A stretch of 63,556 nucleotides of DNA, counting the filler, from Octopus bimaculoides (Eukaryota): assembly GCF_001194135.2 (NCBI RefSeq). It is 6 parts of 5 records of this genome, joined end to end, with 100 filler letters (N's around TTAATTAATTAA, not from the genome) between each part and the next. Parts side by side here need not be neighbours in the genome. Positions count along the whole stretch, not along the records: positions 37,503 to 52,052 come from NC_068982.1; positions 52,153 to 54,686 come from NC_068995.1; positions 54,787 to 61,119 come from NC_069009.1; positions 61,220 to 63,556 come from NC_069000.1; 2 more parts are not named here. One strand, written 5' to 3'. Below are positions 51,722 to 63,556 of the stretch, piece after piece. How positions within the stretch are numbered: the first letter of the stretch is position 1; every line of letters begins with the position of its first letter. A model generated the notes under the pieces. It did not search any database. It worked only from the letters and a program-made list of their open reading frames with translations, and was not told where the DNA came from. The translations under genes and the position numbers were made by a program.

Positions 51722-53899
51722 AACTTTTATTATTTACAAACAATGCACAATGCTTCAACCGAACTATAATATTCTCCTATCATTAATAATAAGTTGTCGA
51801 CTATGGTGTTTGCTTGGAGGGAACTACCTCAATTATGATATGAATGACAAAACCAGAAAAATATGAAAGAAAATTACATAATGATTTTGTCGTATTCCGA
51901 ATGGAACAGAGAAAGGTAAACCTTTTAGATGTACTTAAAACAAAACGGACAAAATTTCATTACAATCTAACACATACAGAAGAACACAGACACAAACACA
52001 CACAAAGACACGGACACACACACGCATATATATATATATATATATATATATANNNNNNNNNNNNNNNNNNNNNNNNNNNNNNNNNNNNNNNNNNNNTTAA
52101 TTAATTAANNNNNNNNNNNNNNNNNNNNNNNNNNNNNNNNNNNNNNNNNNNNGTGTCTGTATGTGTGTGCGTGCGTGCGTGTGTGCGTGCGTGCGTACGT
52201 GCATGCGTGCGTGCTTGTGCGTGTGTATGTGGCAGAGAAAGAGGGTTAGAAAGAGAGATAGAGTAAGTGAAGGTGTGTGTCGTGATGATTGACGTCTTTT
52301 AAGGTACACACACATATAGAAGATGTGACGTTATCGTATGAAATTTTTACGATGGTTGATTTATGGAAAAGATTATTTGAGATGCAAATACGTGAATGGA
52401 AATTAAGTTTAATTTGTAGCCAAAATAGTGCTGAATCTTTTGATACCCCATACATCAAAATGTGTAACTCGGTTTTGGAAAGTATATTGGACGCTCAGGA
52501 AAGAAAAGAAAAAGAAGAGGATTTCACGCTTCGAGCGGAGCTCTTCATCAAAAATATAGAAAAAGTCCAAAGAAGGGAAGACGATAAAGAAAATCGCCAA
52601 CGATACACACGCGGTCACACATATATATATGTATGATATATATATATATATANNNNNNNNNNNNNNNNNNNNNNNNNNNNNNNNNNNNNNNNNNNNNNNN
52701 NNNNNNNNNNNNNNNNNNNNNNNNNNNNNNNNNNNNNNNNNNNNNNNNNNNNNNNNNNNNNNNNNNNNNNNNNNNNNNNNNNNNNNNNNNNNNNNNNNNN
52801 NNNNNNNNNNNNNNNNNNNNNNNNNNNNNNNNNNNNNNNNNNNNNNNNNNNNNNNNNNNNNNNNNNNNNNNNNNNNNNNNNNNNNNNNNNNNNNNNNNNN
52901 NNNNNNNNNNNNNNNNNNNNNNNNNNNNNNNNNNNNNNNNNNNNNNNNNNNNNNNNNNNNNNNNNNNNNNNNNNNNNNNNNNNNNNNNNNNNNNNNNNNN
53001 NNNNNNNNNNNNNNNNNNNNNNNNNNNNNNNNNNNNNNNNNNNNNNNNNNNNNNNNNNNNNNNNNNNNNNNNNNNNNNNNNNNNNNNNNNNNNNNNNNNN
53101 NNNNNNNNNNNNNNNNNNNNNNNNNNNNNNNNNNNNNNNNNNNNNNNNNNNNNNNNNNNNNNNNNNNNNNNNNNNNNNNNNNNNNNNNNNNNNNNNNNNN
53201 NNNNNNNNNNNNNNNNNNNNNNNNNNNNNNNNNNNNNNNNNNNNNNNNNNNNNNNNNNNNNNNNNNNNNNNNNNNNNNNNNNNNNNNNNNNNNNNNNNNN
53301 NNNNNNNNNNNNNNNNNNNNNNNNNNNNNNNNNNNNNNNNNNNNNNNNNNNNNNNNNNNNNNNNNNNNNNNNNNNNNNNNNNNNNNNNNNNNNNNNNNNN
53401 NNNNNNNNNNNNNNNNNNNNNNNNNNNNNNNNNNNNNNNNNNNNNNNNNNNNNNNNNNNNNNNNNNNNNNNNNNNNNNNNNNNNNNNNNNNNNNNNNNNN
53501 NNNNNNNNNNNNNNNNNNNNNNNNNNNNNNNNNNNNNNNNNNNNNNNNNNNNNNNNNNNNNNNNNNNATATATATACATTATATATATTATGTATACATA
53601 TTATATATTTCATATATATTATATATGAATATATTTATATAATATATATATCATATATATTAAACACATATATATAGGGAGAGAGAGAGAGGAATGAGAG
53701 ATATTGGTGTTAAGAAGACCCAAAATGTGTCGGGTAATGCTAAGTAAGTGTTTAAGAATATGTTTAAGCTCCAGGTTCGATAATGATACGAATGAGGATT
53801 CCAACGTGGGTCATGTATTAGCATGCATATATAAATTGACAGAAGTAGATAAAAAATCCAAGACTGTAAATAGTTTTCAGAACATTTATAAAGATAAGA

Positions 53900-53945
53900 T
53901 ATTACAGCTGTTTTCGGGATATTTTATATATCCCTTCATCAGAGA
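53900..53945 (-). ncRNA. Type I minimal hammerhead-like motif
   Basis: The - strand reads CUGAUGA-A-GGGAUAU-AUAAA-AUAUCCC-GAAAA-C-AGCU-GUA, with a perfect 7-bp stem II and palindromic stem III. Confidence 0.7.
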
Positions 53946-54444
53946 CGGTGTGAGAAAATGCATGAGTATTAATTATGGTAGAGAATATATGAAATACAGA
54001 AGGAAGTAAGAGAAAGAAAATAGACGTGAGATCCATAAGAATATTGTATTTTCAGTTCCATTATTCAAGTTGAATGGTGTATACAAGTTGTGAGGAAGTT
54101 TCCTGTACCTTGTGTGTGAGTTCCAATGGTAGTTATATTTGGTCATTCCAAGCATAGAGCCTTATAAACACTGTTATTCAATCGAGGGTTTTTTGGGGGC
54201 ATGAATTAAAAATGTGTTTGTAATATTAATGGATAGTTGGAGCATGCACACGGGTACATATGAGTATGTATGAGTATGTATAGATATTGTATATAAATAT
54301 GGACTTGTATGTGGGTATATGTAAATATATATATATGTACACATACGTGCCTCTGTGTGTGAGTATGTGTACGTGTGTGTATATATATACACATACATAC
54401 GATTATGCACGCATGTGTGTTTGCATGCATACATTTATATATAC

Positions 54445-54662
54445 AAAACCTTATATATATCAACCCACTTGTACTCAACAAAGCACTGGCTCGCACACAA
54501 CAAAGCAGGTCTCACCAGGGATGAAATTTATGTCATGTTAGCCGCCAGAAAATCTCTTATTAAATTTGATAATAAGCTGTGGATCCGTAAAGATACGCCC
54601 GACAGTTTTGATGTCAGGATGGGAAGTTCTGATTCAGGACAAATCGCTGATACGGTCGGTAT
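54445..54662 (+). mobile_element. PLE RT fragment, same family as 13336-13728
   Basis: HNKAGLTRDEIYVMLAARKSLIKFDNKLWIRKDTPDSFDVRMGSSDSGQIAD. Confidence 0.88.
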
Positions 54663-55184
54663 ATATATATATATATATATATATATNNNNNNNNNNNNNN
54701 NNNNNNNNNNNNNNNNNNNNNNNNNNNNNNTTAATTAATTAANNNNNNNNNNNNNNNNNNNNNNNNNNNNNNNNNNNNNNNNNNNNGGGGGAAGAATTGA
54801 AATTTTTCAAAAATTTTTTTTCAGAATCGGAATCTCCATAGCCTAAAACGTGGGATTCCGTAAAAAAAATTAATTAATAAGGGGGGTGGGGAAAGGTTCA
54901 GATTACATATAGTCCACCTCTACCAAAGGATGTATTAGTATGACGCTCGGGAATACAGAAAGTCTTTAACGTTTCGAGCTATACACACACATCGAAAGAA
55001 AAAGAGAGAGATGGTGATACTTAGTGAGATGATGAGAGAGAGAGAGAGCTACATAAAAAGAGGGTGAGATACATAGAGAGAGAGAGGAATTGAGAAAAAG
55101 AGAGAGAGAGAGAAACTGTCGAAGGAAATACAATGGCTGAACAAGGGGAGACAACAAGCAGTCGCAGTCTCCATGTTTACAAGA

Positions 55185-57125
55185 TGGGTTAATTTGGGAC
55201 AAAAACTGGAACGGTTAAAACTATTACAGGGTTAATCCTCTATTGAATCCATTGTATGAAGGAAATAATAATAATAATAACAACAACAACAGCAACAATA
55301 TATATTACATTCAGAGAGTGAAGATACCAGGCGGTGTCGGGCTGAAGAAGGAGAAAATTGGTAGATCTGCAAAAGGAAATTTGGGACAAACGAAATCGGG
55401 TGGTTAAAACTGTTAGAGGGTTAATAATCTATCATATTAAGGAGATAACATAAAACAAGAATAACGAGAACAATATATGTTACAGGCAGAGAGAAGATGT
55501 CAGGCGATGCGGCGTTGAAGAAGGAGAAAGGGCTACAATGTAGGAGCAATTTGGGACAAACTAAAACAGATGTCACTTGGAAGACACATAATACGGTATT
55601 ATTCGGATAAATGAAATAATTATTTAGGACAAAATATAAAAAGAAAATGGTAATAATTATTTAGGACCAACCAAAAAAAATAAGCGAGTAATAATTAATT
55701 AGGAACGAACGAAAATTGGGCATTTTTCGGATAAACAAAATCGGGGTAATTTAGGACAAACTTAAAAAGAAGATAATGGGATGATTTGGGACAAACTAAA
55801 TAAGCGATTGTCAGGCTGACACATAAATCGAGTATTTTTCGCATAAACAAAATAATTATTTAGGATAATTTTGAAGGAGGGGCGATAATTAATTAGAAGG
55901 CAAAAAAAAAAAAAATAGGATATCGTTTGGATAAAAATGAGATAATTTAGGATAAACTTAAAAAGAAGATATTGGGGGTGATTTGGGACAAAAAGTTGAA
56001 AATGTTACAAGGGTAGGTATGAGGTACTCGGGAGTCGATAACAACAAAATCAAAGTAAGAATGGTGCATTAGAACAACGGTTCTCAATCGGGGTCCATAT
56101 GACCCTTGAGGGACCATAAGATTCTGTTGTTAAAATTTATATGTAATAGAATTGGTTATATACAAAATATTTCAACATTAATTTTATACAATTCTTAATA
56201 ATATTTAATTATAAAAATATAATAGGGTTTTATTTAAGCATCAAACGGCTACGGGGGTCCAGCAGAGGTAAAATAGCAATCAAAAGGGTCCACAGGTAAA
56301 AACAAATGGTTTAGAAACAGCATTAGAAGAATCATCAGAGCATGAAAGAAAATGCCTTGTGATTGGTTTTTAATTACGACTGGATTTATTTAGTTATGGT
56401 CTAAGTTCAAATCACGCCGAAGCGAATTTAGCCTTTCAAACCCTCCGGGGGCCGGTTAATTCAATTAATGTACTAGTCAAGCATTGGTGTAGATTTAATG
56501 TTTCTATAAAGTATCCTAAATGTAAAATGATAATTAAAAGGTGAAGGGACATAGGTCTGGTTGAAAGGAAGTGAAGAATTTGGTGTAATTGAGAGGGGAT
56601 CGGGTAATTTGGGAGAAACAAATAATGGAGTTAAGGGGACTGTAAACGCAATAAAAAGGGGAAAAGAAACAGAGGCAAGGATAGTGGAGATTTTGGGGGG
56701 ACAGATATTTCTTGTGATATATCTGAGTTTTTGCATTTTTACTGAAAGTGAAGGAATATGAGACGAAAGAAGGGGCAATTTGGGATAGAAAGTGGGAGTA
56801 ATTTGGAACAACACAAAAAATAATTTGAAACAAGGTGTAATTTGAAATAAAGGGATGGGGTAATTTGGGACAAAACAGAGGGTAATTTGGGACAAAATAG
56901 AGGGGTAGTTTGGAACAAATAAGGACGTAATTTGGGACGAAACAGCGTGGTAATATGGAACGAAAGAGATAATTTGAAATCAAAGAGAGGAGTAACGTAG
57001 GGCAAAAGGATGGAATAATATGGGATAAAAGAGATACTTTGAAACCAAAAAGAAGAGGGAATAATTTTGGACAAAAGGATGGGGTGATTTGGGACAAAAG
57101 GATGGGGTAATTTGGGACAAAGAAA
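55185..57125 (+). repeat. Degenerate tandem array built on the motif (GGTA)ATTTGGGACAAA, with higher-order units
   Basis: About 10 spaced copies at 55190-56000 and about 15-16 tightly spaced copies at 56770-57125. Confidence 0.85.
56075..56320. mobile_element. hAT (Charlie-like) MITE, same family as 22180
   Basis: Perfect 8-bp TSD CATTAGAA. Left TIR CAACGGTTCTCAATC. Shared internal ggggtcca motifs. Confidence 0.8.
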
Positions 57126-58024
57126 TTACAGTACGCAAAGCTTGATAATAAAAGAACAGGGAAAGCTTAAGTCAAGATGGATTGTTAACTATTTGTTTAA
57201 TTACCTTTCGGTGACATCCTTATGAGAAGTCCCCGAATGGGACATACTGGCCAACTGATTTAGTTGCTGTCTTACCGAATGAGCCATTGCTACTGTTTTC
57301 GGTCTGGGATGGAAGATCAGTCAAGCTGCACTCTAGTGGCGAACAAGGAAAACGTTTCTTAGTCGAAGGTAGATAATTCATGCCGCATCAAGGGCAGATA
57401 ATTTCTATCAGCAATAAAGACGGGAAGGGTTTCTTTGCGCGGTTGTCACAGTCTGCTAGAAATAGCGACCATATATCCCTCACATTTTGGTACAGTGCCA
57501 GATCCCTTATCCGAATTCCAGAAATTCGGGTAAATTACTGTGCCATATGCTGTACCCTGTTTTAGAAGTTGGTTAATTTGCAGGCATACTTCCACATGTG
57601 TGCCTCCTCGGACCTTGTTCCGTCAAAACTTCCAGAAAAATGGATATTTTTTAAGGAAATTTTCTGCAAATACACTTCAGATGGTCTAGATGGCAATTAT
57701 TTCGAAATTTGTTGTGAAAACATTTTTCCGAGGGTGGGGAGAAGCGTTTCGGAAAATCCACGAGGCAGCTTTGTTTCCTCATAACTTTCAGAAAAAGGGG
57801 GTAATTTTTTTAATTAAATTTTCTAAAAATGCCTTTCAGTGTGTGTAGATTACGATTATATTGGAATTTAACAAAGTCTGCTATCAGTCTAGAGTTAGGA
57901 GTTAGGATAAGGAACAACGTGTCCCCACTATGCAGACCCTATGAAACGAAGAAATATGTACGGAACTTCATGCACCGCATGAAATTCTTTGGTTATGATC
58001 GAAAAGATAGGGTTCAGGCTGACT

Positions 58025-58640
58025 AAATCCTTGTGAGTGAATTTGGTAGACGGAAACTGAAAGAAGCCCGTCACACACACACACACACACATATATATAA
58101 TATTTTTATTGAGCGTGGCCGTTGCCAGTACCGCCTGACTGGCTCCTGTAGGATTTTCGAGCGAGATCGTTGCCAGTGCCCCTGGACTGGCTTGTGCGGG
58201 TGGCACATAAAAGACACCATTTCGAGCGTGGCCGTTTTCGTGCGGGTGACACGTAAAAGCACCCACTACACTCTCTGAGTGGTTGGCGTTAGGAAGGGCA
58301 TCCAGCTGTAGAAACTCTGCCAAATTAGACTGGAGCCTGGTGTTGCCATCCGGTTTCACCAGTCCTCAGTCAAATCGTCCAACCCATGCTAGCATGGAAA
58401 GCGGACGTTAAACGATGATGATGATGATGATGATGATGTGTGTTTGTGTCTGTTTGTCCCCACCACCATTGTTTGACAACCGATGTTGGTGTGTTTGCAT
58501 CCCCATAACTTAGCTGTTCGGCAGAAATGGCTGATAGAATAAGCACCAGGTTTACAGGGAATAAGTCCAAGGGTCGATTTCTTCGACTAAAGGGTGGTGC
58601 TCCAGCATGGCAACCGTCAAACGACTGAAAGAAGTAAAAG
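58025..58640 (+). mobile_element. Family A SINE interrupted by a young RTE 3' end (about 58110-58435)
   Basis: SINE core at 58025-58075, RTE UTR and (ATG)n, then the SINE 3' body resumes at about 58440. Confidence 0.85.
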
Positions 58641-58756
58641 AATACCAGAAGACCGTTTCTTACCACTAAACCGGGAAAGGTTCTTTGAATATGTACAATG
58701 TATTTTAAGGCTAAATAGTAATTCTGTTTACGTTTGTGTAACTAAACTATATAATC

Positions 58757-59170
58757 CAACCCTTGTGGGCAATAAAGAAATAAAAAACGTTAGCACACCG
58801 GATAAAATGCTTAGCAGTGAATTCCGCCGAGGTCGACTTTGCCTTTCATCCTTTCGGAGCCGAAAAATTAAGTACCAGTTACGCACTGGGGTCAATGTAA
58901 TCAACTTAATCCGTTTATCTCTCCTTGTGTGTCTCCTCCATGTGTAACCCCTTGTGGGCAGTAAAGAAATAAGAAATGTTAGCACACCGGGCGAAATGCT
59001 TAGCGGTATTTTGTCTGTCTTTATGTTCCGAGTTCAAATTCCGCCGAGGTCGACTTTGCCTTTCATTCTTTCAGGGGTCAATAAATTAAGTACCAGTTGC
59101 GTACTGGGAACAATCTAATCGACTGGCCCCCTCCCCCAAAATTCCGGCCTTGTGCCTAGAGGAGAAAAGA
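58757..59170 (+). mobile_element. Two tandem family B SINE units
   Basis: Each is preceded by aacccttgtgggca(a/g)taaagaaataa and followed by gttagcacaccgg...core. Confidence 0.82.
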
Positions 59171-59600
59171 TTCATACATGACATCATACTATGGGCTTGG
59201 CAATTTATGGGAAAATGCTTATTTCTCTAATTTACTGACTACTTTCCATGCTGGCATGGGTAGGACGGTTTCACAAGGAACCAGTCTTTTTTCTTTCTTT
59301 TCTTTCCTTTTTCTAGGAGTTTTTTCTTTGTCTTTCTTTTTGTAAAATATATTCCTGTTCATATTTTGAATAAAATTTTTAACCTAAAAATAAAATCCTT
59401 GTGTATTCATACATGGCGTCATATTTATATGTTCTGCAATTTACAGAAAACGTTTTTGTCTTTAATTTGTGTGTGTGCATGTGTGTGTGTGTGTGTGTGT
59501 GTGTGGTGGGTTGTCAACATTGCCTTTGATCTGCAATAGAGAAATAAACAGACACACACACACGCAAACACATGCACATACACATATTCAAACACGCATG

Positions 59601-59668
<68 letters not shown>

Positions 59669-60049
59669 CACATACATATACGCACATACATACCTATATT
59701 CACATACCTACATCCTATTTTTTATGCATTTATGATTTGCTTCTGTTCGTGTATTTTTTTTTTTTTTACAATCCGCACATTTCTTTTCATAAATTTTTTA
59801 GCGCTTGTTTTTCTTGTTACCTGAAATTTTCATACAAAAATACAAAAAGGGTGTATGTATGTACGTACGTGTATTTAGACATGTATGTGCATGTGTATGC
59901 GTTGTGTGTGTGTGTGTATTTTGCTATTCACCTCACTTGTGCAGATCAGAGACAATGTCGGTAACAAGCAACAAATGAAAAAATAATTTAAGAGAAATTT
60001 TTTTCCATAAATTCTCAAACATATAGATATGATATCACATACAAAAAAG

Positions 60050-60610
60050 TGAAAAAGTGCCACACCCTAACAGTTGAGGGAACCCGTGGAAGAGGTAGGC
60101 CCAGGAAGACCTGGGCTGAGGTGGTGAGGCAAGACCTTCGTACATTGGGCCTCACCGAGGCGATGACTACGGACCGAGACCTTTGGAAATGGGCTGTGCG
60201 TGAGAAGACCCGGCAAGCCAAGTAAGATCGTTGCCAGTGCCCCTGGACTGGTTCTTGTGCGGGTGGCACATGAGATGCACCATTTTGAGCGTGGCCGTTG
60301 CCAGTACCGCCTGACTGGCTCCTGTAGGATTTTCGAGCGAGATCGTTGCCAGTGCCCCTGGACTGGCTTGTGCGGGTGGCACATAAAAGACACCATTTCG
60401 AGCGTGGCCGTTTTCGTGCGGGTGACACGTAAAAGCACCCACTACACTCTCTGAGTGGTTGGCGTTAGGAAGGGCATCCAGCTGTAGAAACTCTGCCAAA
60501 TCAGACTGGAGCCTGGTGTTGCCATCCGGTTTCACCAGTCCTCAGTCAAATCGTCCAACCCATGCTAGCATGGAAAGCGGACGTTAAACGATGATGATGA
60601 TGATGATGAT
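60050..60610 (+). mobile_element. Young 5'-truncated RTE LINE
   Basis: C-terminal ORF end, 3' UTR with internal tandem repeats, (ATG)n tail, and a possible TSD ATACAAA. Confidence 0.92.
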
Positions 60611-60933
60611 ACAAACACTGAAAGACTTCGAAACTGGCAAGCTGGAGGGCTGTGCCGAGCACCATAGACAAGTTTAATATGGCTTCCATGACTGGTTTCC
60701 CTTCCTAATGCCATCCACTTTACTGAGTGTACTAGGTGTTATTTTTGTGGCACCAACACTAGTGAGGTTGCCAGGTAGCTTGCAAGACCAAAAAGAATAG
60801 AGAAAAAGGAGAAGCAAATGTTCGCACTACTAAGTGGAAATATTTGGGAAGGGAAGGTGGAGGTGGCTGGCTTTATGCTAAGTATTGAAAGGGCCAGCAT
60901 AGGTGCCTGGACATAAAGGTCCCTATTTATATA

Positions 60934-61119
60934 GGCGTAGGAGTGGCTGTGTGGTAAGTAGCTTGATTACCAGCCACATGGTCCCGGGTTCAGTCCCACT
61001 GCGTGGCACCTTGGGCAAGTGTCTTCTACTATAGCCTCGGGCCGACCAAAGCCTTGCGAGTGGATTTGGTAGACGGAAACTGAAAGAAGCCCGTCGTATA
61101 TATGTATATATATATATAT
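60934..61119 (+). mobile_element. Family A SINE 5' half (runs into a gap)
   Basis: Near-consensus head and core. Confidence 0.9.
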
Positions 61120-61219
61120 NNNNNNNNNNNNNNNNNNNNNNNNNNNNNNNNNNNNNNNNNNNNTTAATTAATTAANNNNNNNNNNNNNNNNNNNNNNNNN
61201 NNNNNNNNNNNNNNNNNNN

Positions 61220-61261
<42 letters not shown>

Positions 61262-62264
61262 GGTACCGATGTATGTGTGTATGTATGTATCATAATAGCG
61301 TGATCGCATTACGTAACTATTAAACATTTGCCGTTACATTCACTTTTAAATTTATTGGCAGTTTGTTATTTATGCACATAAAACTAACACCATATATCAC
61401 GATGGATCATAACTCTTTCCTCACACCTCTATGACCTGGTCACTGACATCCTCCTTCACTTTATCTCTTACTTCTATCGTTGTTCTCTTCTTATGGCCTG
61501 TAGCCTTTTTGACTTCGACTTACTTCATTTTCGCCATTCGCCTTCGCCTTTTCCACCTTCTTTCTTTTTATTTCTTGCCTTTTTTTTATTACTCCTTCTC
61601 GCCTCCACACACTCTCTCCCTTTCTCTTTCTCTTTTTCTTTTTTTCTCCCTGCTTCGTTGTATTCCTTTTTGCTGCCCATTGTATTTTTCGTCTTGCCAT
61701 TTTGTCAGCAGAAATTCTTAGCTATCTCTTGTCTTTCATATTGAAATTTTCTTACGTCGAAGATTTTCCTTTTACTTTCATGTCTAGACATATATTGTTG
61801 CATATGACACTACATTACTAAGAATCTATTGTCAAGGCGCTGGTATCGTTGTCCGCCTCGGCTTATAGATTGCTTGATTTTATTAGAAGCCAATGCATTG
61901 CTCTGTGTGTCTGTGTTACGTAATTTTACATTCATAATACTATAACGTTCTTGATTCTCTGACATATAAGTTACCAAAAGACCGCAGCACAAATTGTTTT
62001 AGTGTGTGTGTGTGTATATGTTCCATAAGGCGGTGAGCTGGAGTAATCGATCGATCCCCAGGCAAAAATGTTAGCGGTATTTGGTCCATCTTTACGTTCT
62101 GGATGCCCTTCCTAATGCCAACTACATACTGATCTTTTATAAAATTATGAAAATTAAAGAAAGAAAAATCAAACTGCAATCATGAAAAAGTAATTATTTT
62201 TAAATCAGTCCAAAATTTTTTTTACGGTGGTTCGTTTTGGCGGACGCCGAAAGAAGTTTGTTAC

Positions 62265-62296
<32 letters not shown>

Positions 62297-62757
62297 ACTG
62301 GGATGTACTTGTATAGCAAGTGACTTGATCTGAGATCGTCTGCAGAAACAAAAACAAAAACAATTGCAGCATGGAAAGTAATTATTAGCCATTTNNNNNN
62401 NNNNNNNNNNNNNNNNNNNNNNNNNNNNNNNNNNNNNNNNNNNNNNNNNNNNNNNNNNNNNNNNNNNNNNNNNNNNNNNNNNNNNNNNNNNNNNNNNNNN
62501 NNNNNNNNNNNNNNNNNNNNNNNNNNNNNNNNNNNNNNNNNNNNNNNNNNNNNNNNNNNNNNNNNNNNNNNNNNNNNNNNNNNNNNNNNNNNNNNNNNNN
62601 NNNNNNNNNNNNNNNNNNNNNNNNNNNNNNNNNNNNNNNNNNNNNNNNNNTATATATATATATATATGGGAGAATATACAAATAATAACAACATACGAGG
62701 ACAGGTGGTGTAAATAACAAAAGTATATATTAGTATGACGCTCGGGAATACGGAAAG

Positions 62758-62794
62758 TCTTTGACGTTTCGAGCTACGCTCTTCAACAGAAAGA
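62758..62794 (-). ncRNA. Hammerhead-like motif with variant core (CUGUUGA)
   Basis: The - strand reads UCUUU-CUGUUGA-A-GAG-CGUAG-CUC-GAAAC-GUC-AAAGA, with a 5-bp stem I and a GUC triplet. Confidence 0.6.
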
Positions 62795-63556
62795 ATACGG
62801 AGACAAGGAGAAAAACACGGAGAAAAAAAATTGAATAGTGTTCAGTCAACGGTCGATCATAATAATGGAAATATATATATATATATATACATGTATATAT
62901 GTAAGAGGGTGTGTCTTTGTGTTTGTCACTCTTCACTGCTTGACCGCTGGTCTCATTTTCTTTACGTCCCGCGGTTCGGCGAAGGTAGGCCTAGAGAATA
63001 TGGACCAGGTTTTAAAATATGTACTCACATCGACTCGTTCAACGCACAGCCCCAGCATAACAGTAGTCTAAAGGCTGCAAAAACTAAAGTAGAAAAAAAA
63101 ATAGCAGAAACGTAAACCGAAGAACTATTTCAAGAATGCAAAAACAAATCACGCTGACTGTCTAAGAGTAAAAAGATAAATAAAAATAGAAATCAAATTT
63201 GGCCGCATTTCGGATATAATTACTCCGAAAGAGTCTCTCCAGATTTTCACACTGTTTCTTCATTATAGATTTTGCAGTCTTTATAATACGATAACCACGT
63301 CACCATCTTATGTTATACTATCACATATATCCTTGTTCACCTTTCTCTGTACTGAAATATCGCAATATCATACGGATTGTTATAATGTACACATTTTCCT
63401 TTTAATATCATTTTCATCTAGAATAATACAATTACAATACAGTGTTTCATTTTTATTGGTTTTTGCTTTTCGTTTTCTGCAGTCTGGTAAATCACATGTG
63501 CGCGTTTGTGCGTGAATGTGTGTGTGTGTGTATATATATATATATGTATATATATA

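Noticed and set aside
52289-52636. 115-aa + strand ORF
   Set aside because: It is the antisense of a hammerhead-bearing repeat and runs between microsatellites, with no coding signals.
56473-57097. Overlapping 111-187-aa - strand ORFs
   Set aside because: Translations of the ATTTGGGACAAA array (repeated CPKL/VPNY).

Overview
AT-rich eukaryotic genomic DNA, dense in microsatellites and transposons, with 12 assembly gaps (about 5% N). The SINE/LINE repertoire looks like a cephalopod (Octopus-like) scaffold; this is inference. Most of the window is decayed mobile DNA: RTE-clade LINEs (old fragments plus a very young family ending in (ATG)n), a rearranged Gypsy (K02A2.6-like) element, three Penelope-like (PLE) fragments, an L1/Tx1 fragment, two R4/Dong-like fragments in (AAT)n tracts, mariner derivatives, hAT- and piggyBac-type MITEs, and many copies of two tRNA-derived SINE families. 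One host gene candidate of unknown identity is supported on the + strand (exon about 24459/24498-24697, probable next exon from 26365). The most notable signal is a set of hammerhead-ribozyme-like motifs on the - strand (about 10233, 53900 and 62758, with degenerate relatives at about 52520 and 54960), tied to PLE relics and TA microsatellites. Almost all other ORFs in the supplied track are microsatellite, gap or repeat artefacts.
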